Assembly: GCA_002269645.1 (NCBI GenBank) | Contig: NIVC01000110.1 | Coordinates: 62,001-126,000 of the forward strand | Direction: 5' to 3' | Source of the DNA: Macrostomum lignano | Taxonomy: Eukaryota | DNA length: 64,000 nt | Notes under the pieces: generated by a model | Database searches by the model: none | The model's input: only the letters and a program-made list of their open reading frames with translations | Told to the model about the DNA's origin: nothing | Shown here: positions 44,475-56,230 of the stretch, in pieces | Layout of the letters: the number at the start of each line of letters is the position of its first letter | Position numbering within the stretch: position 1 is the first letter of the stretch | Made by a program: the position numbers and the translations under genes

Positions 44475-44995
44475 TGTGGGGAATGTGAAGTGCGGGGAAT
44501 GTGAAGTGCGGGGAATGTGAAGTGTGGGGAATGTGATTTGTGGGGAATGTGAAGTGCGGGGAATGTGAAGTGTGGGGAATGTGAAGTGCGGGGAATGTGA
44601 AGTGTGGGGAATGTGAAGTGTGGGGAATGTGAAGTGTAGGGAATGTGATTTGTGGGGAATGTGAAGTGTGGGGAATGTGATTTGTGGGGAATGTGAAGTG
44701 CGGGGAATGTGAAGTGTAGGGAATGTGATTTGTGGGGAATGTGAAGTGCGGGGAATGTGATTTGTGGGGAATGTGAAGTGTGGGGAATGTGATTTGTGGG
44801 GAATGTGAAGTGTAGGGAATGTGATTTGTGGGGAATGTGAAGTGTGGGGAATGTGATTTGTGGGGAATGTGAAGTGCGGGGAATGTGAAGTGCGGGGAAT
44901 GTGAAATGCGGGGAATATGAATCGTGGGGAATGTGAAGTGTGGTAAATGTGAAGTGCGGGGAATGTGAAGTGGGGAATGTGAAGTCCGGGGAAAT
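44475..44995 (+). repeat. 16-bp G-rich minisatellite (GGGGAATGTGAAGTGC / GGGGAATGTGATTTGT)
   Basis: Direct reading. Confidence 0.93.
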
Positions 44996-47344
44996 TTGAA
45001 AAATCACCACAGACAAAGCTAAATTTCACTATTAGTCAAACACAGAAACCTTTTATTTATTTCTAACAGCACTCTGCACTGGAATCTAATGATTTTGATT
45101 GTGTACAGCAGAGTATTTTTGCAAGTACTGATAAATGTACTACAAGCTGTATATCTGGTATTCGTAAATTTTTAAACCAAATAAACTCACCCACTTAGAA
45201 TTAGAATTCTGTACTGTAATGCTGCTTTTGATGCTTTATTGAAGAATACTATTTTAGTGATAGCTCTACTAAAGAATCACCTGTCTTTTGAGCACGGCGG
45301 TGTAAAAGGTAAATGCAATATGTTTTTCGCATAAATTAAATATATAAATCCAGCTCACACACAGGCATCTACATGCATCTGCATGTAGGAGAGTACATGT
45401 ATCTCTATTGCGTAAAGAGTAATGCCTATTTTTCATAGTATATTGACCATTGCTGAGATGCCAATGGTCAATTGGGAGTTGTTGGTTGGCCAAGAAACAA
45501 AGGGAGAGTGAGGGGTAAATAAAGGCTTTGGTTATCTTAGCTTAGGAAACAAACAATAATGTGTAGAAGGTCAACAGTCACGAGTAGATCATTCGTTCTT
45601 TTATTCCTTTCTTTATTGTCTCCCCAATGGGGGCGCAGATTGCTAGTCCCTCTATACTAAAAAAGATTTTTCGATATCTTCTTATCGAATCTTACTAATT
45701 ACTTAGTAATTTTTGTTGTAACTTGCTCCTATGATATTCCGTCTACCTTTTTGTCACGTGACTTCACTTTCAATTATAGTGATATCATTCTAATTAAATT
45801 AATTGGTTGCACTGAACCCAAGGTTAATTAGCACCTGGTCCGCAATTACTCGTAAATGTATTGTAAATAATCAACTTAACGCAAGATACACGTAGCTTTG
45901 GAATTTTACGACTTAACGAATCAGTTGAGTTTGTACAATTATTTTGTTTAAGAAATTTGCAACACAGTGAAGGGAGTGCTTTCATTGTGCACTTCTCTTC
46001 TCTAGAAAAATCGATTAAAAGGCTAGGCAGCTATGCTTTCTCCACCAAAACCATTTGATCGGCGAAAAATTTTAAAATGAGCTTTTTTGCTTTAATTAGG
46101 GCTCTCAGTTTAAAAAGCCAAACGTTGAAATGCTGTGTAACTCAGTCAGACAAATATTGAACGCGGAGCGCTCAAGTAGACTTGAGCACACTAAAGTTCT
46201 GAGTAGCAAAGCTACATGCAGCGATCGCATTTTGGCAAAACAAAATTTCAGTAATTCAGCCAGGAAGTTGGACCAGTGTGCAACGAAGCGGGTGTTAGGG
46301 TTCCCGCAGTCTGGGGCACCGAGTCCTGGCGTTTATGGTGCACTTCCGGATGAGCAGAGACCGGAGCAGTTGCTAATTGGAGCAATTATTCTCCAAGCTA
46401 CAAAAGAGACAGTCAATATTCACTCAGGATGATGGGGTAGAAACCCATAACACTTTGTGGGCATTGTGGTGAGTTAGCGTGCAATATAGCTCCTTCAATA
46501 TACTCGTAAATTTATTTGCAGCCAAGGCACATCCGCATACATGTATGCGAATTATGGTTTTTTTTAATTTGACAGCATATGCCAGGCTGGGAAAAAGCAA
46601 GCATAGAGGTAAAGCATAAGCATGCATGTATTTCCTACCGATAAGCAGGGCCGGCTTGTGGCTTGCAAGTGTACATTTACAAGCGTATGACATAGTGCAT
46701 GAATCTATACACTCGAATAGCCCACAGAAAAACAGCCTGCTGTTATAACAAATAAAAAACGAGTAATAAATAATCGTAATAACAAAAATTGCAACTCAAA
46801 AATAGATTTCCGATTAGCTATGATGACTTGCATGGGCTAATTTTACTTCCAATAATTTAAAGCGTTCAAATTAGAGAAAGTTATAAAAATGTTTCAATAA
46901 ATTGAACGCAAAGAAAATTCTATAACAATTTTAAACGGCAGAGTTAGGGGAACTACGAACAAAGAAGAATTATAATAAGAAAGTCCTTCAGAAAATCTCT
47001 CGGCAGACGCGATAATTGCACTTTTATAGTCTATGGTCACGGCCCCAGTGGCAGCCGCTGTCATGGTGGGCTAAATTTTCACCACTTGGTATTGGAATCA
47101 TGCCAGCCGCCTGCTGTGCTGGCGACTGCGGGGTCACGTGATGTGACAGCGGAATTTCCGCAGGCCGCTCCAGCGGCTGCCAGGGCTTTGTGGCAGGACC
47201 TGGTGCGATAGCGAATCATCGGGGTACACTACTGTGCCATTGAAATAAGTAGTGCACGAAAATTTTAAGCATCCAGAAAGTTTTATTTGACAAATATCTA
47301 ATAACTGATGGATAAACATCTGATACATGTAGTTAAAAGAACTA

Positions 47345-47402
47345 TCTGTCTGTCTGTCTGTCTGTCTGCCTGTCTGTCTGTCTGTCTGTCTGTCTGCCTG
47401 CC

Positions 47403-47455
<53 letters not shown>

Positions 47456-47494
47456 GCCTGCCTGTCTGTCTGTCTGTCTGTCTGTCTGTCTGCC

Positions 47495-47591
<97 letters not shown>

Positions 47592-47634
47592 GCCTGCCTG
47601 TCTGTCTGTCTGTCTGTCTGTCTGTCTGCCTGCC

Positions 47635-47667
<33 letters not shown>

Positions 47668-47670
47668 GCC

Positions 47671-47703
<33 letters not shown>

Positions 47704-47730
47704 GCCTGTCTGTCTGTCTGTCTGTCTTTC
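47345..47730 (+). repeat. (TGTC)n microsatellite
   Basis: Direct reading. Confidence 0.95.
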
Positions 47731-47755
47731 TGTGTGTCTCAAAGATGCAAAAGTG

Positions 47756-48012
47756 TGTCTCAATGATGCAGCAGTGTGTCTCAATGATGCAACAGTGTGT
47801 CTCAGTTATCTAACAGTGTGTCTCAGTTATCTAACAGTGTGTCTCAGTTATCTAACAGTGTGTCTCAGTTATCTAACAGTGTGTCTCAGTTATCTAACAG
47901 TGTGTCTCAGTTATCTAACAGTGTGTCTCAGTTATCTAACAGTGTGTCTCAGTTATCTAACAGTGTGTCTCAGTTATCTAACAGTGTGTCTCAGTTATCT
48001 AACAGTGTGTCT
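47756..48012 (+). repeat. 21-bp minisatellite (AGTGTGTCTCAGTTATCTAAC), about 12 copies
   Basis: Direct reading. Confidence 0.95.
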
Positions 48013-48077
48013 CAGGAATGCTACAGTGTATCTCTATAAGTTCTGCGTCATATAAAGCTGATGGGGTCTGGTGTCAC

Positions 48078-48370
48078 CTCTGCCGATTCGTCCAACGAAT
48101 CGCAGGTCAGCGTATCGAGCCACCTAAGACTCCATCCAGGTCACTTGATTCCTCAGCTTAGCGGAGCTGTTAATCTCATTCCCGACGCTCAGAGTCACCC
48201 TGGTACCGTCTGGCACGGACCCGAGGGCGAAAACTTTGAAACTCGTTCGGTAATTTTTTGTTCAAACGCCAATGTGAGGGCAGAGCGGTGTAGATGAAGC
48301 CGGGATTGCCAGTTCTAACAAATCCGCATGAAGTTTTGAATTCGCAGCTCAACTGGTCATTTCTACTCTC
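48078..48370 (-). pseudogene. RUNX: RUNX-family Runt-domain exon with a frameshift and an in-frame stop
   Basis: GFVRTGNPGFIYTALPSHWRLNKKLPNEF, +1 frameshift near 48238-48241, then [53 protein letters not shown]. TAG at 48126-48124 where Gln is expected. Phase-1 donor AGA G|gtgaca at 48078. Confidence 0.85.
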
Positions 48371-48886
48371 GTAAAAATCAGCCAATTCAGCTGATTTTTT
48401 AAACTTTTCAGGAAATTAAGATAAAAGAATAGAAAACTTGGATTGAAACATCTTTGAATAATTATAAAAATGAGATCTTCGAAACAAATTACAAGGATTT
48501 CCAAGAATCAAAAACGGCCAGGATTTCCAAGAATTAAAGGAGATGATCGGAATTTCCAAGAATTAAAGGAGACGATCGGAATTTCCAAGAATTAAAGGAG
48601 ACGATCGGAATTTCCAAGAATTAAAGGAGACGATCGGAATTTCCAAGAATTAAAGGAGACGATCGGGATTTCCAAGAATTAAAGGAGACGCTTAGGATTT
48701 CCAAGAATTAAAGGAGACGATCGGGATTTCCAAGAATTAAAGGAGACGCTTAGGATTTCCAAGAATTAAAGGAGACGATCAGGATTTCCAAGAATTAAAG
48801 GAGACGATCGGGATTTCCAAGAATTAAAGGAGACGCTTAGGATTTCCAAGAATTAAAGGAGACGCTTAGGATTTCCAAGAATTAAA

Positions 48887-50127
48887 TATCTGCGGCTATA
48901 TCTGTTTGCTATATTTATATGCATTTTTGGCTTCCAAATGTGCTCCAGTAAAATTTCACAGCCATATATTTTCCATGTGTTTTCAGTAGCTGATGGAAAC
49001 ATCAAAAGACAGTGTTCGCTTCTATATCTTTATGTGCATGCAACTTGGTTGCAAAGTGACTGAGACTCACACCGATCTGGTGAATGTTTTAGCTGACTCT
49101 GCTCCATCATTTGACACGGTTGCCCGCTGGCTGCGCCATTTCTTGGAAGGCTGGGACAGCTTCAACGACGAACCGAGGTCTGGCCGACCCCGGACATCTG
49201 TGACCGAAGATGTCGTGGCCCATGCCGATGCAATAATTCGTGAGGATTGGAGCATTATGCTGAGATTCATTGCCTATGAGCTTGGTGTCAGCTATGGAAG
49301 TGCCCATAAAATCATGCATGAGCAACTGGGCCGCACAAAGACCTGCGCTCGGTGGGTACCCCATCTTCTCACTCCGGAGCAGCAAGCAGAGAGGGTGCGC
49401 ATCTGTCGCTTGTGGCTGCAAATGTTTGAGCCCCACGGCCCACGACAACTGTCGGATGTCATCACAGGAGACGAATGTTGGATCTCCTTCTTTACCATGA
49501 AGGATAAGCAGTCCAACATGGTCTGGCTAGCAGAAGATGAGCCAAGGCCTGAGGTGCTGAAGACCGGATTCCGCAGTCCGAAGCGGATGTTCACCATTTT
49601 TTTCAACTCTCAGGGTGTTGTAGCGGTGAACATCCTTCCAGCGGGTGCCACAGTGACTGCCAGGTACTACACAGACACTGTTCTGCCAGGCGTGCTGCAG
49701 GAGCGGCAGGAACGTGCGCGAACCAGGCATGGACCTCGACTCCTGCTGCACCATGACAATGCGGCACCGCACAGAGCGGCCTCAACCATGGCGTACCTGG
49801 AGCAGCAGGGGGTCCGGCTGCTGCCCCATCCACCCTACTCTCTAGACCTAGCACCGTGCGACTTTTGGCTGTTCCCGAGGATCAAATCCGTCATTTCTGG
49901 GAGGCCGTTTTCACGCATGCAAGACCTTGCCCAAGCGGTAAATTCAGCTCTACAGGGTATACCAACTTCGGAGTACCATGACTGCTTTCAGACATGGTGC
50001 ACACGGATGCGACGGTGCATAGATAGTGGTGGAAAGTACTTTAAGGGAATGTGACACTGATTAGACGCCTCGGCTGCTGTAGCACAGAGTTGTGAGGTCA
50101 CTTGCAGAACTTTTTGATCACCCCTCG
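48887..50127 (+). mobile_element. Mariner (Tc1/mariner, DD34D) DNA transposon, left TIR missing
   Basis: Right end ...AACTTTTTGATCACCCCTCG followed by TA. The expected left TIR CGAGGGGTGATCAAAAAGTT is not present upstream. Confidence 0.9.
48993..50054 (+). CDS. Mariner transposase, uninterrupted 353-aa ORF
   Basis: HTH region (RSGRP), WVPHLL, ITGDECW, LLHHDNAAPH, YSLDLAPCDFWLF; 34 residues counted between the second and third Asp. Confidence 0.96.
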   Translation: METSKDSVRFYIFMCMQLGCKVTETHTDLVNVLADSAPSFDTVARWLRHFLEGWDSFNDEPRSGRPRTSVTEDVVAHADAIIREDWSIMLRFIAYELGVSYGSAHKIMHEQLGRTKTCARWVPHLLTPEQQAERVRICRLWLQMFEPHGPRQLSDVITGDECWISFFTMKDKQSNMVWLAEDEPRPEVLKTGFRSPKRMFTIFFNSQGVVAVNILPAGATVTARYYTDTVLPGVLQERQERARTRHGPRLLLHHDNAAPHRAASTMAYLEQQGVRLLPHPPYSLDLAPCDFWLFPRIKSVISGRPFSRMQDLAQAVNSALQGIPTSEYHDCFQTWCTRMRRCIDSGGKYFKGM

Positions 50128-52866
50128 TAAAGGAGATGATCGGAATTTCCAAGAATTAAAGGAGACGCTTAGGACTTCCAAGAATTAAAGGAGATGATTA
50201 GGATTTCCAAGAATTAAAGGAGACGATTAGGATTTCCAAGAATTAAAGGAGACGCTTAGGACTTCCAAGAATTAAAGGAGATGATTAGGATTTCCAAGAA
50301 TTAAAGGAGACGATTAGGATTTCCAAGAATTAAAGGAGACGCTTAGGATTTCCAAGAATTAAAGGAGACGCTTAGGATTTCCAAGAATTAAAGGAGACGA
50401 TTAGGATTTCCAAGAATTAAAGGAGATGATTAGGACTTCCAAGAATTAAAGGAGATGATTAGGACTTCCAAGAATTAAAGGAGATGATTAGGATTTCCAA
50501 GAATTAAAGGAGACGATTAGGACTTCCAAGAATTAAAGGAGACGATTAGGACTTCCAAGAATTAAAGGAGACGATTAGGATTTCCAAGAATTAAAGGAGA
50601 TGATTAGGACTTCCAAGAATTAAAGGAGATGATTAGGATTTCCAAGAATTAAAGGAGATGATTAGGATTTCCAAGAATTAAAGGAGACGATTAGGACTTC
50701 CAAGAATTAAAGGAGACGATTAGGATTTCCAAGAATTAAAGGAGATGATTAGGATTTCCAAGAATTAAAGGAGACGATTAGGATTTCCAAGAATTAAAGG
50801 AGACGATTAGGATTTCCAAGAATTAAAGGAGATGATTAGGATTTCCAAGAATTAAAGGAGATGATTAGGATTTCCAAGAATTAAAGGAGACGCTTAGGAT
50901 TTCCAAGAATTAAAGGAGACGATCGGGATTTCCAAGAATTAAAGGAGACGCTTAGGATTTCCAAGAATTAAAGGAGACGATTAGGATTTCCAAGAATTAA
51001 AGGAGACGCTTAGGATTTCCAAGAATTAAAGGAGACGATTAGGATTTCCAAGAATTAAAGGAGACGATTAGGATTTCCAAGAATTAAAGGAGATGATCAG
51101 GATTTCCAAGAATTAAAGGAGATGATCAGGATTTCCAAGAATTAAAGGAGATGATCGGAATTTCCAAGAATTAAAGGCGATTAGGATTTTCAGTTAGATA
51201 ACTAAGATACGATCAGGATTTCTTAGAAGCAAGGATGATGAGAATATTGAAGAATCAAAAACGGCCAGGATTTCCGAGAAAAAAAGACGTTCAAATTTTC
51301 CAAGAATCGAATACAATCAGGATTTTCAGGAACCAGAGACGAAGCGGATTCCCTTTAGAAACACCAAAAAGATCATTATTTCATATTTCAATAGAAACAA
51401 TTAAGACAATCAGAATTTTTAAAAGAAACAAAACGCGAGGATAAAAGTTGAGATTACTGGGATATTCAACTATAACGATTTCAGGAATCCGGGGATTGGA
51501 GTTTGCAACGAAAATTTATACATGTACATCAGAATAAAACCAGTCAACTTCCGAATACAGTATGTCTCACCATTTCCGCAAATCATGCTCCAAATAAATT
51601 TTACTGAAGCCAGTAAGTCGGCCACCATTTTGATTAAGATTCCGACTCAAGCAATGGGGATAATCCTGGGGAACTCGAAATTGTCGGGATGAGTTGGGAA
51701 TCTAATAATTTGGGATCTGAAGCAGATTATATCTGAGCTTGGATTGAGAGATAATTCATGCAGCAAAAGCAAATGTGTAAAAGTTGTTAGAAAAAATCAC
51801 TTTATTTAAATCAGGGCCAGCAATCATTGAGATTAAAATCTCATGGCGAGTCGAATTAAAAATCTGGTTAGTGACTTCGGCTAGTGAAGTCTCAGCAATC
51901 CAAATTTGAGTCTGACAGTTCTCCTACACTAATTGAATTCCATTAACTACTTCAACTACTAAAAAACACGCTCCCCGACATGATCCCCGACTCCCCTGGT
52001 GCCTGACAACTGGAAAATTTGTCACCTCTTTTGAGCATCCAAAGCATGCGGGATTGGTTATGTCTATGGCAAAATCTCTTTTAATCCTAATCTGAAGATC
52101 CTTTGAAACTCCACAATAGCAATTCGACCCGATCAGCGCTTCGTTTATTTCTCATCTTATCTCAACTCTCCTCTTCATCTTCTCTCCCATCCAACCTTAT
52201 TCCTCACATCTATCATGATCGAGCTACACGTAGCTACTATAGATTCTTTATCTGGCTCTTTAGAATAAAAATTATTGCCGGCCCCCCTGTGATAGATTAG
52301 CGATCCAGTTTTTTTAGGGGGTCGAAATTCACACGAACGAAGCATCACGATACCGAAACATCGCAGATTGTAAAACTGCTGAGACATTGTTATGTTAATT
52401 TTTTTTTTCAATTTATTTGAGCATATGTCATACTACTGTATAAATTGTAAATCTTCATCAAATCATTTCGATCTTGTGGTATTTCTTCCAAACTTGGTCT
52501 ATAAGTAAAAGTCTCCCGACAAATCCTGAATGAAGAGGAGAGGGAGTCGGGAGAGGGTGGTGTGGACAGACTTAAAAAGATTTGAATGAGGCCGGAGTGC
52601 AACTTGCCTGATCTGTGACCTGAGGAGTGCAAAGACGTGATCTGTTTCGCGTCAAATATTATTGTATATTGTGCATCGCATGCATCAAATATACACAGTG
52701 TTTACCCTTTGTTCGTGTTGCTCTGTTGCTGCACCGTAAGTTCTTTTTATTTTCTCTATATTTTTGGCCATACTATGCGTTTTTGTGGCCTATAAGCCAA
52801 TCATTTCTTTGGCCCGGCCAAAGAACTGAAAAAGCATTGAACCATAGACAGACACAGCTGGGGCCC

Positions 52867-53594
52867 AGGGTCGCTTTCACAAGCCCTAAATTTTTCACAA
52901 CGTCGCAAGACACAAACTTTCATAAGCTCTAAATTTCATAAACTCTAATTTTCACATCGTCGAAAAGTTGTGCACAGTATTTCATAAGCTCTAAATTTCA
53001 CAAGACCTAAATTTCACAACGCCTAAAAACACTATGGAGATACAATCTTTCAGACGTGCTTTTAGGCGTTGTGAAATTTAGGTCTTGTGAAAGATTCTAT
53101 CTCCATAGTGTTTTTAGGCGTTGTGAAATTTAGGTCTTGTGAAAGATTCTATCTCCATAGTGTTTTTAGGCGTTGTGAAATTTAGGTCTTGTGAAAGATT
53201 CTATCTCCATAGTGTTTTTAGGCGTTGTGAAATTTAGGTCTTGTGAAAGATTCTATCTCCATAGTGTTTTTAGGCGTTGTGAAATTTAGGTCTTGTGAAA
53301 GATTCTATCTCCATAGTGTTTTTAGGCGTTGTGAAATTTAGGTCTTGTGAAAGATTCTATCTCCATAGTGTTTTTAGGCGTTGTGATATTTAGGGTTTGT
53401 GAAATTTAGGGTTTGTGAAATTTAGGGCTTTTGAAATTCTGTGCATGCCTTTTAGGTGTTATGAAATTTAGGTCTTGTGAAATCTGCTGCATTGCTTATT
53501 TTCGACGTTGTGAAAATTAGGGTTTATGTAATATAGGTCTTATGAAAGGTTCTGGTTTCGACGTTGTGAAAATTAGGGTTTGTGAAACGACCCT
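52867..53594. mobile_element. Foldback/MITE-like element with imperfect approx. 37-bp TIRs and an internal 52-bp tandem array
   Basis: Left AGGGTCGCTTTCACAAGCCCTAAATTTTTCACAACGTCG versus right reverse complement AGGGTCGTTTCACAAACCCTAATTTTCACAACGTCG. 52-bp unit (starts 53101, 53153) has an inverted copy at about 52999-53052. No TSD found. Confidence 0.8.
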
Positions 53595-53598
53595 CCCT

Positions 53599-55408
53599 CC
53601 AAGGACAACATGATAACTCAGGACCGGAAACGAGCCAATTCATGGCGAAAAAAGTGAGGTTCGTTTAAAAGCATTGTTCTATGGCCCATCCAAAGCTACG
53701 AAAGCGAAGAAATCTGAGCTGAAAATTGAGTTCTTCTCATGCACTTGCAATTGAGAGAGAGAAAACTTTTATTCTTGCTGAAACTAAATATCATGCCGAA
53801 AAAATGCAGCGTCATTTTCTGTTGTGCAAACTACAATAGTAACCGTGATCGGAATGTTGCAGTATTTTTGTTTCCTAAAGATGCAACTGAACGAGAGGCT
53901 TGGCGACTGTCTCTACTGAAAAATACTGAAGCTGAGTGGACAGTGAGCGAGCCTGGAGCAAACACTTCACTATTTATCATAGTCAGCTCTTTTCCCGTTC
54001 TGACTGTTATTTTCCTCTCTGTTTGTAGTTCAGATGAAGAAAGAATCGTAAATTTTTCTCGAGTTTCCTTATACATGTGCTGCATGTACAGCTTTCCCAT
54101 TGTGTATTTTCACGACGTTTACTTTATGTGATAAAACTATTCAACATTTAAGAAAACCGACCCTGCACCCGCCTTCTGACTGCCTACGCTCGTATCAAAA
54201 AGTCAAATATGATAAGAGTTTACATTGGCAACTGAAAGCATGCGCATACGGATGGGCCATAGAACAATGGTAGATTGTATAGTATGCAACTGAGTTGAAT
54301 AATGGCCAAAACTCGAGTGCGCGTAGCGCAAACTGCGGCTTTGTGGTCTATGGCCATTATTCAACGAAGTTGCATACTATACAAGTGCATTGTTCCCTTT
54401 TGTCTATGGTTTCCGGCATTCATACTTGCGGTAACAATTTAATTGTTTGTCGGCTTTTTTCGATTGTTGCCGGATTTCAGACGAATGTATTTGGCTATCA
54501 AAACAAGGAACAACAATAGCAACACGGCGAAAGTGTTTCATAGTCACAAAAAGTTCTTAAGAACAAACCGATCGAATCAATTGTTTTACTTTCCGTAAAA
54601 GTTGAATGTGCAGTTGTGGAACTGACCACCACAGAGGCTTCTCGGCAGGTCTTGGCCGCCCTCGGGTGCTTTCATCAGCTCGCCTCTATCAGACCCAGTT
54701 GTCACACTTTCGATGGTGGATTCCGCATCGTCGTCAATTTCCAGATCTTCGCTACCTAGCTCAGGCAGCCCGTTGGAACTGGACGACGCATCCAGGTTGT
54801 CCATCTCCAGAACGTAGCGCGTGCTCGACTCTCGGGTGACAAAAGCCAACTCGTCCGTGGAGAGTCCACATATTTCTCCGCCAGGAATGTTTGCGTAGCG
54901 AATCATAGCTACTTTTCCTATTTGCACTCCGAATAGGAGAATTAATTCAAGCTCAAAATCAACTTGAGAATTAACTCATGGCAGCCAGGCTAGCTGTCTT
55001 CACTGTCTTTTAAATTTGCCATAAACGATTAATTATCTCTACAACCCTTTCATTTAGAGAGCAACTAAATTTGCCATAGACGATTGATTATCTCTACAAC
55101 CCTTTCAAAGCGCATTCCGGCAACAATCGCATTTCATACTCAGCATCCGCACTATGTCTGGGCCATAGACAAGGGAAGTCAAAAGGGTACAATAATGACA
55201 TGTACCGATTTTTTTCGGCAGCAATTGCTCTACTAAGCTTCAGCCGCTACGCGGCTTCAGCTTACGCAATTGCTGCCGAAAAAAATCGGTATATATCGTT
55301 ACATTGCGTCTGGGTAAAAGTATAATTACAATGCTTTTAAACGAGCCTCATACTTTTTTCGCCATTAATTGGCTCGTTTCCGGTCCTGAGTGATCAAGTT
55401 GTCCTTGG
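53599..55408. mobile_element. Composite non-autonomous DNA element: approx. 78-bp outer TIRs enclosing two inner inverted-repeat units and a hairpin
   Basis: Outer TIRs CCAAGGACAAC...TTTAAAAGCATTGT at 53599-53677 and 55328-55408. Perfect 20-bp IR at 53672-53691/54250-54269. 10-bp IR at 54346-54355/55161-55170. Confidence 0.75.
53793..53990 (+). pseudogene. Truncated THAP zinc-finger fragment inside a TIR element
   Basis: MPKKCSVIFCCANY..VAVFLFPKD..EAWRLSL matches the THAP C-x4-C / FP / W pattern; the closing CxxHF is absent. Confidence 0.65.
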
Positions 55409-55849
55409 CCCAGCCGAGTGGGGAAGAAGTATATTCTTTCCGTTTCTTTCTATGGCCCAAAGTCCCTGGCTTCGAGCTTGCCTATAGGCCAAGGAGTTCT
55501 ATAATTAGCAATAGCCCGGCCAAGTAACAATTAAGCTCTCGCCTCTCAGCCGGGAAATTCGGCCCAGAAAAGAGAAAAAGCGGAAAGAACTTATACTTAT
55601 GCCACAATTAACCAGGGAACACATGGAGGCTGAAATGGAGACGAAACAGAAAAAGACGGAACTTGATTCTCGATTGGCCTTCATTGATTCCCATCAGTTT
55701 CTTCTAAATCTGTTGGAAAATAGGGGCTTTCTGCATCAAAACATTTCGAAGTTTTCGGGAACCTTTCCGCCTACGTTATTCAGCATTAAAACGAGACCAA
55801 CATTGTCGAAATCGGTTTTGCTATTCCAATTTTTTTGCATAGCATCTAT

Positions 55850-56230
55850 GGGTCTATCTGTATCTGTCTACCTGTCCCTACCTCTCCATGTCTCTACTTC
55901 TGTCTGTATCTACCTCTCTGTCCATCTCTACCTCTCTGTCTATCCGTCCCTACTTCTCTGTCTATCTGTATCTACCTCTGTCTATGTCTCTACCTCTCTG
56001 TCTGTCTCTATCTCTCTGTCTATGTCTCTACCTCTCTGTCTATGTCTCTACATCTCTGTCTGTCTCTATCTCTCTGTCTATGTCTCCACCTCTCTGTCTA
56101 TGTCTCCACCTCTCTGTCTATGTCTCTACATCTCTGTCTGTCTCTACCTCTCTGTATCTACCTTTCTGTCTATGTCTCTACCTCTCTGTATCTACTTATC
56201 TATGTGACAGGTATTTCTCTACCTGTCTGT
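55850..56230 (+). repeat. Degenerate (TCTA/TCTC/TGTC) microsatellite
   Basis: Direct reading. Confidence 0.85.

Larger units (their letters stand above)
48517..51180 (+). repeat. 29-bp satellite (GGATTTCCAAGAATTAAAGGAGACGATTA) in two blocks, 48517-48886 and 50128-51180, interrupted by a mariner element
   Basis: Direct reading; the array resumes in register after the TA at 50128-50129. Confidence 0.95.

Noticed and set aside
46130-47260. Exon-like GC-richer segments on the minus strand
   Set aside because: No recognisable domain, and no VWRPY-type RUNX terminus was found.
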